From Candidatus Babeliales bacterium (GTDB taxonomy: Bacteria; Babelota; Babeliae; Babelales; Vermiphilaceae), in assembly GCA_963743635.1 (NCBI GenBank), contig CAVUQO010000003.1:1-64000 (forward strand): a stretch of DNA of 64,000 nt, given 5' to 3'. Of this stretch, positions 1 through 9,913 are shown piece after piece. The notes beneath the pieces were generated by a model, which had not been told where the DNA came from, searched no databases, and saw only the letters and a list, made by a program, of their open reading frames with translations. Numbering within the stretch: position 1 is the stretch's first letter; each line of letters begins with the position of its first letter. The position numbers were made by a program, and so were the translations under genes.

Positions 1-106
1 GTCACCATCACGTTTTTTGCCAGACTCTTGCTCCATCGCCCCCATGCGCCATGCAACGATTCCAATCGCCGAATACTGCAACTGCTATGATTTTATTTCT
101 CTCCAT
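1..106 (-). CDS. 5' end of a further BTB/Skp1-WD40 array paralog (runs off the window)
   Basis: Nearly identical to 2062-2162 (MERNKIIAVAV...WRMGAMEQESGKKRD). One extra base near 71 shifts the frame, probably a sequencing error. Confidence 0.8.
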
Positions 107-259
107 TTTTCCCCCTTTTAAGAACTGATGTGAATCCCTATCTCACATCTTGCATGATCTATTCTTGCAGAATTACCCATGCAAAAACAATGAAATAATG
201 ATACGGCCCCGGGAGTATACCTCTCCCGGGGCCATATTTCATTTTGTTCTAATATTATG
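107..259. repeat. WD40-array intergenic unit (terminator hairpin 205-233, putative promoter and RBS on - strand)
   Basis: ~150-bp spacer repeated between each array gene. Contains hairpin GGCCCCGGGAG-tatacct-CTCCCGGGGCC; AAGGGGG precedes the start on the - strand. Confidence 0.85.
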
Positions 260-2162
260 CTATTGCATTGTTTCTCGAATTAACTTTTGAAGTTCTGCTT
301 GATCTTCGCGCCGTAGCTTTTGCCATTGAATCATATTCAAAATATTGTTAATCCAATCCATTTTACTTATCTTCTGCTTTTTATCGCGAGCCCACAGTAA
401 TAGATGTTCAAATAACGCTGTATCAAAATCAGATATTCCTGGTAATGATTTTGGCAAAAGCCCCACTATTTTTGCCGTATCATCTCGAGATCCGGTCACT
501 ACCCTATTGCCATCTGCTGATATCGCTACTGAATTAACCGAATCAGTATGCGCAAACGTATACTGCTCAATCCATGCACTGCCATTCCATGCTACTATCT
601 TTGCCGAACCATCTTTAGATCCTGTCACCACCCTATTGCCATCTGCGGATATCGCTACTGATGCAACCGAATTATTATGCGCAATATTATATTGCTCAAC
701 CCATGCATTGCCATTCCATGCAACTATCTTTGCCGTTCTATCTAAAGATCCTGTCACCACCCTATTGCCATCTGCTGATATCGCTACTGAATCAACTATC
801 ATAGTATGCCGAATCGTATACTGCTCAATCCATGCATTGCCATTCCATGCAACTATCTTCGCCGTATAATCCCAAGATCCCGTCACCACTCTCGTACCAT
901 CTGCTGATATCGCTACTGAACTAACCGTATGATTATACGGAATCATATACTGCTCAATCCATGCATTGCCATTCCACGCAACTATCTTTGCCGTCATATC
1001 AATAGATCCCGTCACCACCCTATTGGCATCTGCTGCTATCGCTACTGATAAAACCCTCCCCTCATTATGACGAATCGTATATTGCTCAACCCACGCAGCC
1101 CCATTCCATGCAACTATCTTTGCTGTATCATCTTCAGATCCCGTCACTACCTTATTGCCATCTGCTGATATCGCTACTGACCTAACCATCCCACGATGCG
1201 CAATATTATATTGCTCAAGCCATGCATTGCCATTCCACGCAACTATCTTTGCCGTGTCATCCCAAGATCCCGTCACCACCGTATTGCCATCTGCTGATAT
1301 CGCTACTGAATCAACTATCATAGTATGCGAATAGTATACTGCTCAAGCCATGCATTGCCATTCCATACATTATCTTTGCCGTTTTATCAACAGATCCCGT
1401 CACTACCCTATTGCCATCTGCTGATATCGCTACTGACAAAACTATATCATCATGCTCAATCGTATACTGCTCAAGCCATATTCCTGATCTTGGCATATTT
1501 TCCGCAATCTGCTTTTTCAAATGAGGGAACAAATTAGTTATCAATGCCACATATTCCTGATCGCCTTGACTTAACAGTCTCATTGATTCATCTGACATGA
1601 TCATATCTGCTATCTGATGCGCATAGAGCTCTAGCAATGATGCTTGCTGTAAAAAATCGGCGGCTTGTAATTGCGCTATTAATACCTCTAATGCATCTCT
1701 ATCAAACGCAACTGCCGGCATAGTTTGCATTATTCTTCTTACTGCCTGTTGCTCCGTCTCATTTAGTTGCTGCTGAGCGCGCACTTGCTCCACCCAACCC
1801 AGGTCGTTCAGCAGCTCTTGAAAAAGGTCACTGCTTATTTCAGGTAAATTTACCGCCCTTTGTTGCTGTTCTCTAAACTCCGAACTCAGCATTGCATTAA
1901 AATAATCAAATAAACGCGCTTGATTGATAGGCACATCCAATACTTTGTCATAACTCAATATCACCCTAATCATTCCTACTGGAATATCTTCCTCGTGTGC
2001 ACCTTGAAGTCGCTGCCTCTTGGTGGACTGTGCACCGCCTATATTCTTGGACATCTCTCCAGCATCACGTTTTTTGCCAGACTCTTGCTCCATTGCCCCC
2101 ATGCGCCATGCAACGATTCCAATCGCCAATACCGCAACTGCTATGATTTTATTTCTCTCCAT
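260..2162 (-). CDS. Secreted BTB/Skp1-like + 8x WD40 repeat protein (split by apparent frameshifts near 1328 and 1370)
   Basis: ORFs 1311..2162 and 260..1321 join into one paralog of the next three genes. BTB-like LFDYFNAMLSSEFREQQQRAVNLPEISSDLFQELL. Two single-base losses relative to the repeat consensus. Confidence 0.85.
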
Positions 2163-2315
2163 TTTTTCCCCCTTTTAAGATCTGATGTGAATACCTATCT
2201 CACATCTTGCATCACTTATTCTTGCAGAATTGCCCATGCAAAAACAATGAAATAATGATACGGCCCCGGGGAAGTTTATCTCTCTCCCGAGGCCGTTATC
2301 ATTTTATTCTGACTA
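2163..2315. repeat. WD40-array intergenic unit copy
   Basis: Homologous to 107-259; hairpin 2261-2295. Confidence 0.85.
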
Positions 2316-4145
2316 CTACTGCCGCACTGCACGCTGCATTGTTTCTCGAATCATTTTCTGCAATTCTTTTTTCGCAATAGACTCCACATCTCGCCATTGG
2401 ATACTTCGCAGTATATCTCCTGCCCAACCTGCTTTAGATATTTTCTGCCCACTTCTTTTTGCCCACATCAATAGATGTTCAAATAAACAGGCATCAAAAT
2501 CAGATATCCCCGGCAATGATTTTGGCAAAAGTCCCACTATCTTCGCCCTATTATCCCAAGATCCCATCACCACTTTATTGCCATCTGCTGATATCGCTAC
2601 TGATAAAACCCAATCAGTATGCGCAAACGTATACTGCTCAATCCATGCACTGCCATTCCATGCTACTATCTTTGCCGAACCATCTTTAGATCCTGTCACC
2701 ACCCTATTGCCATCTGCTGATATCGCTACTGATGCAACCGAATTATTATGCGCAATATTATATTGCTCAACCCATGCATTGCCATTCCATGCAATTATCT
2801 TTGCCGTATTATCCCAAGATCCCGTCACTACCCTATTGCCATCTGCTGATATCGCTACTGATAAAACCCTCTCAGTATGCGGAATCGTATACTGCTCAAT
2901 CCATGCATTGCCATTCCATGCAAATATCTTTGCCGTATTATCCAAAGATCCCGTCACTACCCTATTACCATCTGCTGATATCGCTACTGATTTAACCGAC
3001 TCAGCACCATGCCGAATCGTATACTGCTCAACCCATGCAGCGCCATTCCATACAACTATCTTTGCCGTTTTATCAACAGATCCCGTCACTACCCTATTGC
3101 CATCTGCTGATATCGCTACTGATAAAACCGCTTTATTATGCGCAATCGTATACTGATCAACCCATGCGTTACCGTTCCATGCAACTATTTTTGCCATATT
3201 ATCATAAGATCCCATCACCACCCTATTGCCATCTGCTGATATCGCTACTGATAAAACCTCCCTATTATGCCGAATCGTATGCTGCTCAATCCATGCATTG
3301 CCATCCCATGCAACTATTTTTGCCGTACCATCCTCAGATCCGGTCACTACCGTATTGCCATCTGCGGATATCGCTACTGACGCAACCCAATTAGTATGCG
3401 CAATCGTATGCTGCTCAATCCATGCATTGCCATTCCATGCAATTATCTTTGCCGTATTATCTAAAGATCCCGTCACCACTTTATTGCCATCTGCCGATAT
3501 CGCTACTGATAAAACCTCCCTATTATGCCGAATCGTATACTGCTCAAGCCATATTCCTGCTCTTGGCATATTTTCCGCAATATGCTCTTTCAGATGAGGA
3601 AACAAATTAGTTATCAATGCGACATATTCCTGATCGCCTTGACTTAGCAGTTCCATCGATGCACGTGATATGATCATATCTGCTATCTGATGCGCATAGA
3701 GCTCTAGCAATGTCATCTGCCCTAAATAAACTGCCCCCTCAAATGCCTTTACTAGCTGCGATAACATCTGTCGATTAAAATCAACCCGAGGCATAGCGCT
3801 TACTATTCTTCTTGCTGCTTCCTGCTCACTCTCATTTTCATGCATTTGGCGCCGCACATCTTCCACCCATGGTAAATCCGCAATCAGATGCTGCAAGATT
3901 TCTTGCGTAACATTAGTTAAGGGAACCCCATTCCTAAACCCTTCCGGATCTTCAACGCTCTCAATCAGATCATTAAGTGTCCCAAAAAGCCTTGCCTGAT
4001 CGTAAGGTAGAGTAGTAACTCCATTGTCATCTTTTGTGATCAATTTGAGCACCTGCGCTTGCCCGCCCTGCTCCATCGCGCCCATGCGCCATGCAATAAT
4101 GCCAATCGCCAATACTGCAACTGCTATGATTTTATTTCTCTCCAT
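2316..4145 (-). CDS. Secreted Skp1/BTB-like + 8x WD40 repeat protein
   Basis: Signal peptide; Skp1-like LKLITKDD...LFGTLNDLIE...VPLTNVTQEILQHLI; eight 43-44 aa repeats H..V.SVAISADGN.VVTGS.D.TAKI.AW. Confidence 0.9.
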   Translation of the reverse strand: MERNKIIAVAVLAIGIIAWRMGAMEQGGQAQVLKLITKDDNGVTTLPYDQARLFGTLNDLIESVEDPEGFRNGVPLTNVTQEILQHLIADLPWVEDVRRQMHENESEQEAARRIVSAMPRVDFNRQMLSQLVKAFEGAVYLGQMTLLELYAHQIADMIISRASMELLSQGDQEYVALITNLFPHLKEHIAENMPRAGIWLEQYTIRHNREVLSVAISADGNKVVTGSLDNTAKIIAWNGNAWIEQHTIAHTNWVASVAISADGNTVVTGSEDGTAKIVAWDGNAWIEQHTIRHNREVLSVAISADGNRVVMGSYDNMAKIVAWNGNAWVDQYTIAHNKAVLSVAISADGNRVVTGSVDKTAKIVVWNGAAWVEQYTIRHGAESVKSVAISADGNRVVTGSLDNTAKIFAWNGNAWIEQYTIPHTERVLSVAISADGNRVVTGSWDNTAKIIAWNGNAWVEQYNIAHNNSVASVAISADGNRVVTGSKDGSAKIVAWNGSAWIEQYTFAHTDWVLSVAISADGNKVVMGSWDNRAKIVGLLPKSLPGISDFDACLFEHLLMWAKRSGQKISKAGWAGDILRSIQWRDVESIAKKELQKMIRETMQRAVRQ

Positions 4146-4297
4146 TTTTCCCCCTTTTAAAAACTGATATGAATCCCTATCTCACATCTTGCATGATCTA
4201 TTGTGGCAAAATTGATGATCTAAAAACAATGAAATAATGATACGGCCCCGGGGAAGTTTATCTCTCTCCCAAGGCCGTTATCATTTTATTCTGACTA
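4146..4297. repeat. WD40-array intergenic unit copy
   Basis: Homologous to 107-259 and 2163-2315. Confidence 0.85.
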
Positions 4298-6157
4298 CTA
4301 CTGCCGCACTGCACGCTGCATTGTTTCTCGAATCATTTTCTGCAATTCTTTTTTCGCAATAGACTCCACATCTCGCCATTGGATACTTCGCAGTATATCT
4401 CCTGCCCAGCCGGATTTAGATATTTTCTGCCCACTTCTTTTCGCCCACATCAATAGATGCTCAAATAAACAGGCATCAAAATCAGATATCCCTGGTAATG
4501 ATGTTGGGAGGCATCCAACTATCTTTGCCGTACGATCTTCAGATCCCGTCACCACCTTATTGCCATCTGCTGATATCGCTACTGACCAAACCCAATGATT
4601 ATGACGAATCGTATACTGCTCAACCCATGCGTTGCTATTCCACGCAACTATCTTTGCCGTATTATCCCAAGATCCCGTCACTACCCTATTGCCATCTGCT
4701 GATATCGCTACTGATTCAATCTCAGCACCATGCCGAATCGTATACTGCTCAAGCCATGCATTGCCATTCCATGCAACTATCTTTACCGTACCATCCTGAG
4801 ATCCCGTCACTACCCTATTGCCATCTGCTGATATCGCTACTGATACAACCCAATTATTATGACGAATCGCATACTGCTCAATCCATGCATTGCCATCCCA
4901 TGCAACTATCTTTGCCGTATTATCTAAAGATCCCGTCACCACCTTATTGCCATCTGCTGATATCGCTACTGATACAACCCCAGCAGTATGCGGAATCGTA
5001 TACTGCTCAATCCATGCATTGCCATTCCACACAACTATCTTTGCCGTACCATCCAAAGATCCCGTCACCACCCTATTGCCATCTGCTGATATCGCTACTG
5101 ATCTAACCTCCCTATTATGCCCAATCGTATGCTGCTCAATCCATGCATTGCCATCCCATGCAAATATCTTTGCCGTTCTATCTAAAGATCCCGTCACCAC
5201 CTTATTGCCATCTGCTGATATCGCTACTGAACTAACCCACTCAGTATGCCGAATCGTATACTGCTCAATCCATGCATTGCCATCCCATGCAACTATCTTT
5301 GCCGTTCTATCTAAAGATCCCGTCACCACCTTATTGCCATCTGCTGATATTGCTACTGAGTTAACCGGGCTATTATGCGCAATCACATGCTGCTCAATCC
5401 ATGCATTGCCATCCCATACCACTATCTTTGCCGTATGATCTAAAGATCCGGTCACCACCTTATTGCCACCTGCTGACAGCGCTACTGATTTAACTATCCC
5501 ATTATGCCGAATCGTATACTGCTCAAGCCATATTGCTGGTATGCTTTTCACAATATGCAACGCCAGTTCAAAAGGCAACTCATTCACTAAGGCAGCGACG
5601 CCGCGACCGTATTTCTTATCGACTTGACTCAACAAGCTCATTGATGCATCGGACATGATCATGCCTACTATCTGATGTGTATACAGTTCTATTAATGCCT
5701 TTTGTTGTAAAAAATCTGCTGCCTTTAATTTAACCGCCAATGCGCTTAATCTATCTCGATTGAATGCTACCGCCGGCATGGTTTTCGCCATTCTTTTTGC
5801 CGCTTGCTCTTCAGTCTCATTTTGCTGCCTATTAATCCGCACCTGCTGCGCCCACGGCAATTCCGCTAATAATGTTTTGAAGATACCCATTGAAATAGTA
5901 TTACTGAGCGGCAATCTATTTGCTTCAGCTGGATTCATCGCCTGCATATAACCACGCATATCGCTAAACATTTCAAAAAGCCGCAGCAGATCCCATGGAA
6001 CGTCAACGCTTTCCTCATTACCAGTGCTATTGATTTGATAAACCGTTATCATTTCTTGACCAGCCTGCGCTTGCCCGCCCTGCTCCATCGCCCCCACACG
6101 CCATGCAATAATGCCAATCGCCAGCACGGCAACTGCTATAATTTTATTTCTTTCCAC
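4298..6157 (-). CDS. Secreted Skp1/BTB-like + 8x WD40 repeat protein
   Basis: GTG start; same architecture; LKAADFLQQKALIELYTHQIV resembles the Skp1/BTB C-terminal helices. Confidence 0.9.
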   Translation of the reverse strand: MERNKIIAVAVLAIGIIAWRVGAMEQGGQAQAGQEMITVYQINSTGNEESVDVPWDLLRLFEMFSDMRGYMQAMNPAEANRLPLSNTISMGIFKTLLAELPWAQQVRINRQQNETEEQAAKRMAKTMPAVAFNRDRLSALAVKLKAADFLQQKALIELYTHQIVGMIMSDASMSLLSQVDKKYGRGVAALVNELPFELALHIVKSIPAIWLEQYTIRHNGIVKSVALSAGGNKVVTGSLDHTAKIVVWDGNAWIEQHVIAHNSPVNSVAISADGNKVVTGSLDRTAKIVAWDGNAWIEQYTIRHTEWVSSVAISADGNKVVTGSLDRTAKIFAWDGNAWIEQHTIGHNREVRSVAISADGNRVVTGSLDGTAKIVVWNGNAWIEQYTIPHTAGVVSVAISADGNKVVTGSLDNTAKIVAWDGNAWIEQYAIRHNNWVVSVAISADGNRVVTGSQDGTVKIVAWNGNAWLEQYTIRHGAEIESVAISADGNRVVTGSWDNTAKIVAWNSNAWVEQYTIRHNHWVWSVAISADGNKVVTGSEDRTAKIVGCLPTSLPGISDFDACLFEHLLMWAKRSGQKISKSGWAGDILRSIQWRDVESIAKKELQKMIRETMQRAVRQ

Positions 6158-6313
6158 TTTTCCCCCTTTTAAAAACTGATATGAATCCCTATCTCATACC
6201 TTACATGATCTATTGTGGCAAAATTGATGATCTAAAAACAATGAAATAATGATACGGCCCCGGGGAAGTTTATCTCTCTCCCGAGGCCGTTATCATTTTA
6301 TTCTAATATTATG
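6158..6313. repeat. WD40-array intergenic unit copy
   Basis: Homologous to the other spacers. A partial copy (promoter side only) lies at 8162-8250. Confidence 0.85.
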
Positions 6314-8161
6314 CTACTGCATTGTTTCTCGAATTAATTGTTTCAGCGTTTCTGCAGTATTTGTTTCTGCTTTTTCCCACAAAATATGGTTTCGCATATC
6401 TCCTGCCCATCCTCTATTAGATATTTTCTGCTCACTTCTCTTTGCCCACAGCAATAGATGTTCAAATAAACAGGCATCAAAATCAGATATCCCCGGTAAT
6501 GATTTTGGCAAAAGTCCCACTATTTTTGCCGTATTATCTCGAGATCCCGTCACCACCTTATTGCCATCTGCTGATATCGCTACTGAGTCAACGTAACCAT
6601 TATGCCGAATCGTATGCTGCTCAACCCATGCGTTGCCATCCCACGCAACTATTTTTGCCATATTATCATAAGATCCCGTCACCACTTTATTGCCATCTGC
6701 CGATATCGCTACTGAAAAAATCGAATTATTATGCGCAATCGTATGCTGCTCAATCCATGCATTGCCATCCCATGCAACTATCTTTGCCGTCCTATCCCAC
6801 GATCCCGTCACTACCCTATTGCCATCCGCTGATATTGCTACTGATCTAACCGAACTATTATGCTGAATCGTACGCTGCTCAACCCATGCATTACCATTCC
6901 ATACCACTATCTTTGCCGTATTATCTAAAGATCCCGTCACTACCCTATTGCCATCTGCTGATATCGCTACTGATAAAACCCAATTATTATGACGAATCAT
7001 ATACTGCTCAATCCATGCAGTACCATTCCATGCAACTATCTTTGCCGTATTATCTAAAGATCCCGTCACTATCCTATTGCCATCTGCTGATATCGCTACT
7101 GATCTAACCTCCCTATTATGCTGAATCGCATGCTGCTCAATCCATGCAGTACCATTCCATGCAACTATCCTTGCCGTATTATCCAAAGATCCCGTCACCA
7201 CCTTATTGCCATCTGCTGATATCGCTACTGACCAAACCCAGCCATTATGCGCAATCGGAGGCTGCTCAACCCATGCATTGCCATTCCATACCACTATCTT
7301 TGCCGTATTATCTAAAGATCCCGCCACTACCCTATTGCCATCTGCTGATATCGCTACCGAATTAACCACTTGAGTATGCGGAATCGTATGTTGCTCAACC
7401 CATGCATTGCCATTCCATGCAACTATCTTTGCCGTATTATCTCGAGATCCCGTCACCACCTTATTGCCATCTGCTGATATCGCTACTGAATTAACCCAAT
7501 GATTATGACCAATCGTATACTGCTCAAGCCATATTCCTGCTCTTGGCATACTTTTCAGAATATGCAACGCCAGTTCAGGAGGCAACTCATTCACTAAGGC
7601 AGCGACGTCGTGACCGTATTTCTTATCGACTTGACTCAACAATCTCATTGATGCCTCGGACATGATCATGCCTACTATCTGATGCGTATACAGTTCTATT
7701 AATGCCTGTTGTTGTAAAAAATCTGCTGCCTTTAATTTAACCGCCAATGCGCTTAATCTATCTCGATTGAATGCTACCGCCGGCATGGTTTTCGCTATTC
7801 TTTTTGCCGCTTGCTCTTCAGTCTCATTTTGCTGCTGGTTAATCCGCACCTGCTGCACCCACGGCAAGTCCGCTAATAATGTTTTGAAGATATCCATTGA
7901 AATACCAGCGAGCAGCAATCTATTTGCTTCAGATGGATTCATCGCCTGCACATAACCACGCATATCGCTAAACATTTCAAAAAGCCGCAGCAGATCCCAT
8001 GGAACGTCAACGCTTTCCTCATTACCAGTGCTATTGATTTGATAAACCGTTATCATTTCTTGACCAGCCTGCGCTTGCCCGCCCTGCTGCATCGCCCCCA
8101 TGCGCCATGCAATAATCCCAATCGCCAATGCCGCAACTGCTATAATTTTATTTCTTTCCAC
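6314..8161 (-). CDS. Secreted Skp1/BTB-like + 8x WD40 repeat protein
   Basis: ORF 6314..8191; start placed at GTG 8161 by alignment to the paralogs; 8 WD40 repeats. Confidence 0.9.
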   Translation of the reverse strand: MERNKIIAVAALAIGIIAWRMGAMQQGGQAQAGQEMITVYQINSTGNEESVDVPWDLLRLFEMFSDMRGYVQAMNPSEANRLLLAGISMDIFKTLLADLPWVQQVRINQQQNETEEQAAKRIAKTMPAVAFNRDRLSALAVKLKAADFLQQQALIELYTHQIVGMIMSEASMRLLSQVDKKYGHDVAALVNELPPELALHILKSMPRAGIWLEQYTIGHNHWVNSVAISADGNKVVTGSRDNTAKIVAWNGNAWVEQHTIPHTQVVNSVAISADGNRVVAGSLDNTAKIVVWNGNAWVEQPPIAHNGWVWSVAISADGNKVVTGSLDNTARIVAWNGTAWIEQHAIQHNREVRSVAISADGNRIVTGSLDNTAKIVAWNGTAWIEQYMIRHNNWVLSVAISADGNRVVTGSLDNTAKIVVWNGNAWVEQRTIQHNSSVRSVAISADGNRVVTGSWDRTAKIVAWDGNAWIEQHTIAHNNSIFSVAISADGNKVVTGSYDNMAKIVAWDGNAWVEQHTIRHNGYVDSVAISADGNKVVTGSRDNTAKIVGLLPKSLPGISDFDACLFEHLLLWAKRSEQKISNRGWAGDMRNHILWEKAETNTAETLKQLIRETMQ

Positions 8162-8424
8162 TTTTCCCCCCATTTTTATATCTGATATCAATTCCTATCT
8201 CATCCCTTACATGATCTATTGTGGCACAATTGATGATCTAAAAACAATGAAGAATCAAAAAAGCCCGACAAGCTCGATGTAAGCAACCCAACATTATTGG
8301 AATCTCAATTTTCAAAAATCTGATTATTAGGCTTACTTCTCTCCTTCGCCCCTCCTCCTTTGCTAAACCAAGGGTTAAAACTCGTGGTGGAAGCGCGGAG
8401 CGCAAGAAAAAATAACTCGATTAT

Positions 8425-8469
8425 AAAAAGGAAGAGGGTGGAGTATCAAAGTCCACCCTCTTCCTTTTT
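8425..8469. terminator. Intrinsic terminator (symmetric A/T tails)
   Basis: AAAAAGGAAGAGGGTGGA-loop-TCCACCCTCTTCCTTTTT just downstream of the 8478..9818 gene. Confidence 0.8.
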
Positions 8470-8477
8470 ATATTTAC

Positions 8478-9818
8478 TTATTTTATTTTTTTCATGACTT
8501 CTTTAACCAGACCATCTATCAATTTATCTGGATGACTAAAATCAACCTGAACATTGGTTAAATTTATCTTTTGACCAAAGACTGTCCCTTGAATAGAGAA
8601 TAGCGGTGATTTGCCGGATTCGATGTCTTGCGCTGAGGCCTCAAATTTTATCTCTCTAATATCAGCAAGTTCTTTGCTCAATGCAGCAACCCCTTTACCT
8701 GCCTCACCAAGTCCTTCTGCTCCCGCTTTTGATGCTTCAAGGACGCCCTGAGCAGTTCCTTTGGCTGCTTTTAATCCTGCATTCAATTCTGTTTCTAAAC
8801 CAGCCAACTTTGCGGCTTCTTGCGCAACCCGAGCGCATGCACCCACATCAAGTTTTTTACACTTCTTTTTGTCTCTATCTAGAGACGCTTTTTGTTTTTT
8901 AATTTTATTCTGCGTATCAGCTATTTGTTTATTGAGTGCTGTATCTGCTTTATGTTCTGACCCTGAAATAGCCTTGCCCGATTCTTTTTCAAATTTAGCA
9001 GCGGCATCTTTTAAAACTTTGGCAAATTGGGCTAATGCACTTTGTTTGAACTCTCCCGCTATGCGATCTCGTTCTGGATGCTGCATATCCATCATCTCTG
9101 CAAACTTGCACTCGAAAGATCCAATCGAAAGATCGCCATGAATGCCAAATGCAGTCGGCTCTCCGCCTATAAGGTTTACTTGCACTTCAAGGCCAACATC
9201 TTTGACAACAAAACCTTTGAAATCCAATGAACCTTCCAATGCCCCGGTTACAGCAGCAGTTGTACCTGAAATTGCCATTAAGGCTTTGAACATAATAGTA
9301 TTGGCAACGCCTGTATCACTTTTGGCTTTAAGGCCTTTTGGCACCTTCATAACAATGGTACCTCCAATACCAAATGATTTTGCCGAAGGCTTTATGTGAA
9401 TGGCAAGATCAGTCATTTTCGCCGCCCCAATTTTTATTGCCCCTTTTGCAATGCTGGCTTCAAACTCCATGTTGCTGATTGGTTTAGTCACTAAACCATG
9501 GATATTCACTTTATCAATACCGCTTGGCAAGATTTTTTTTATAACATTCAATGGAGCTTTATCGAATGATAAGACGCCCGAGGCATAGACTCCCTTTGAA
9601 TATGAAATAGAAGTAACAGGATCAACGTAAGGTTTATCGACTACATTTACCTGGACACCCTCAATAGAAAAGCTTGAAAGGAGTTTTTTAACTTCCTCTA
9701 CAGTAGCATTATCGGCTGGCTTGGCTTGAGGTGCAGCACTGTGCAACATGTTGTTACAACAGATGCTCGCAAGCGCTATGAATAGAACATTTGGTATAAT
9801 GCTCAGAAATTTTTTCAC
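8478..9818 (-). CDS. Secreted hypothetical protein (beta-rich N-half, coiled-coil C-half)
   Basis: 446-aa ORF with N-terminal signal peptide; AAGGAG upstream. Confidence 0.8.
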   Translation of the reverse strand: MKKFLSIIPNVLFIALASICCNNMLHSAAPQAKPADNATVEEVKKLLSSFSIEGVQVNVVDKPYVDPVTSISYSKGVYASGVLSFDKAPLNVIKKILPSGIDKVNIHGLVTKPISNMEFEASIAKGAIKIGAAKMTDLAIHIKPSAKSFGIGGTIVMKVPKGLKAKSDTGVANTIMFKALMAISGTTAAVTGALEGSLDFKGFVVKDVGLEVQVNLIGGEPTAFGIHGDLSIGSFECKFAEMMDMQHPERDRIAGEFKQSALAQFAKVLKDAAAKFEKESGKAISGSEHKADTALNKQIADTQNKIKKQKASLDRDKKKCKKLDVGACARVAQEAAKLAGLETELNAGLKAAKGTAQGVLEASKAGAEGLGEAGKGVAALSKELADIREIKFEASAQDIESGKSPLFSIQGTVFGQKINLTNVQVDFSHPDKLIDGLVKEVMKKIK

Positions 9819-9913
9819 GATTATATCTCCTTATCAATTACCAACCGCACCACCTTGGTACGTTTATAACTGATAAGGTATACAAATAGAAAGTCGTTTT
9901 ACAAGAATATGTC

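Noticed and set aside
345..7365. Plus-strand repetitive ORFs (PVTTLLPSADIAT.., YCHLLISLL..)
   Set aside because: Antisense shadows of the WD40 repeats with no RBS or independent features; the same applies to 33260..33733.
470..7540. Diversity-generating retroelement behind WD40 variability
   Set aside because: No reverse transcriptase or non-coding template repeat in the window; many adenines are invariant and changes are not adenine-specific.
470..7540. CRISPR array (regular repeats with variable interludes)
   Set aside because: The period is 129/132 bp, in frame and protein-coding, and no cas genes are present.
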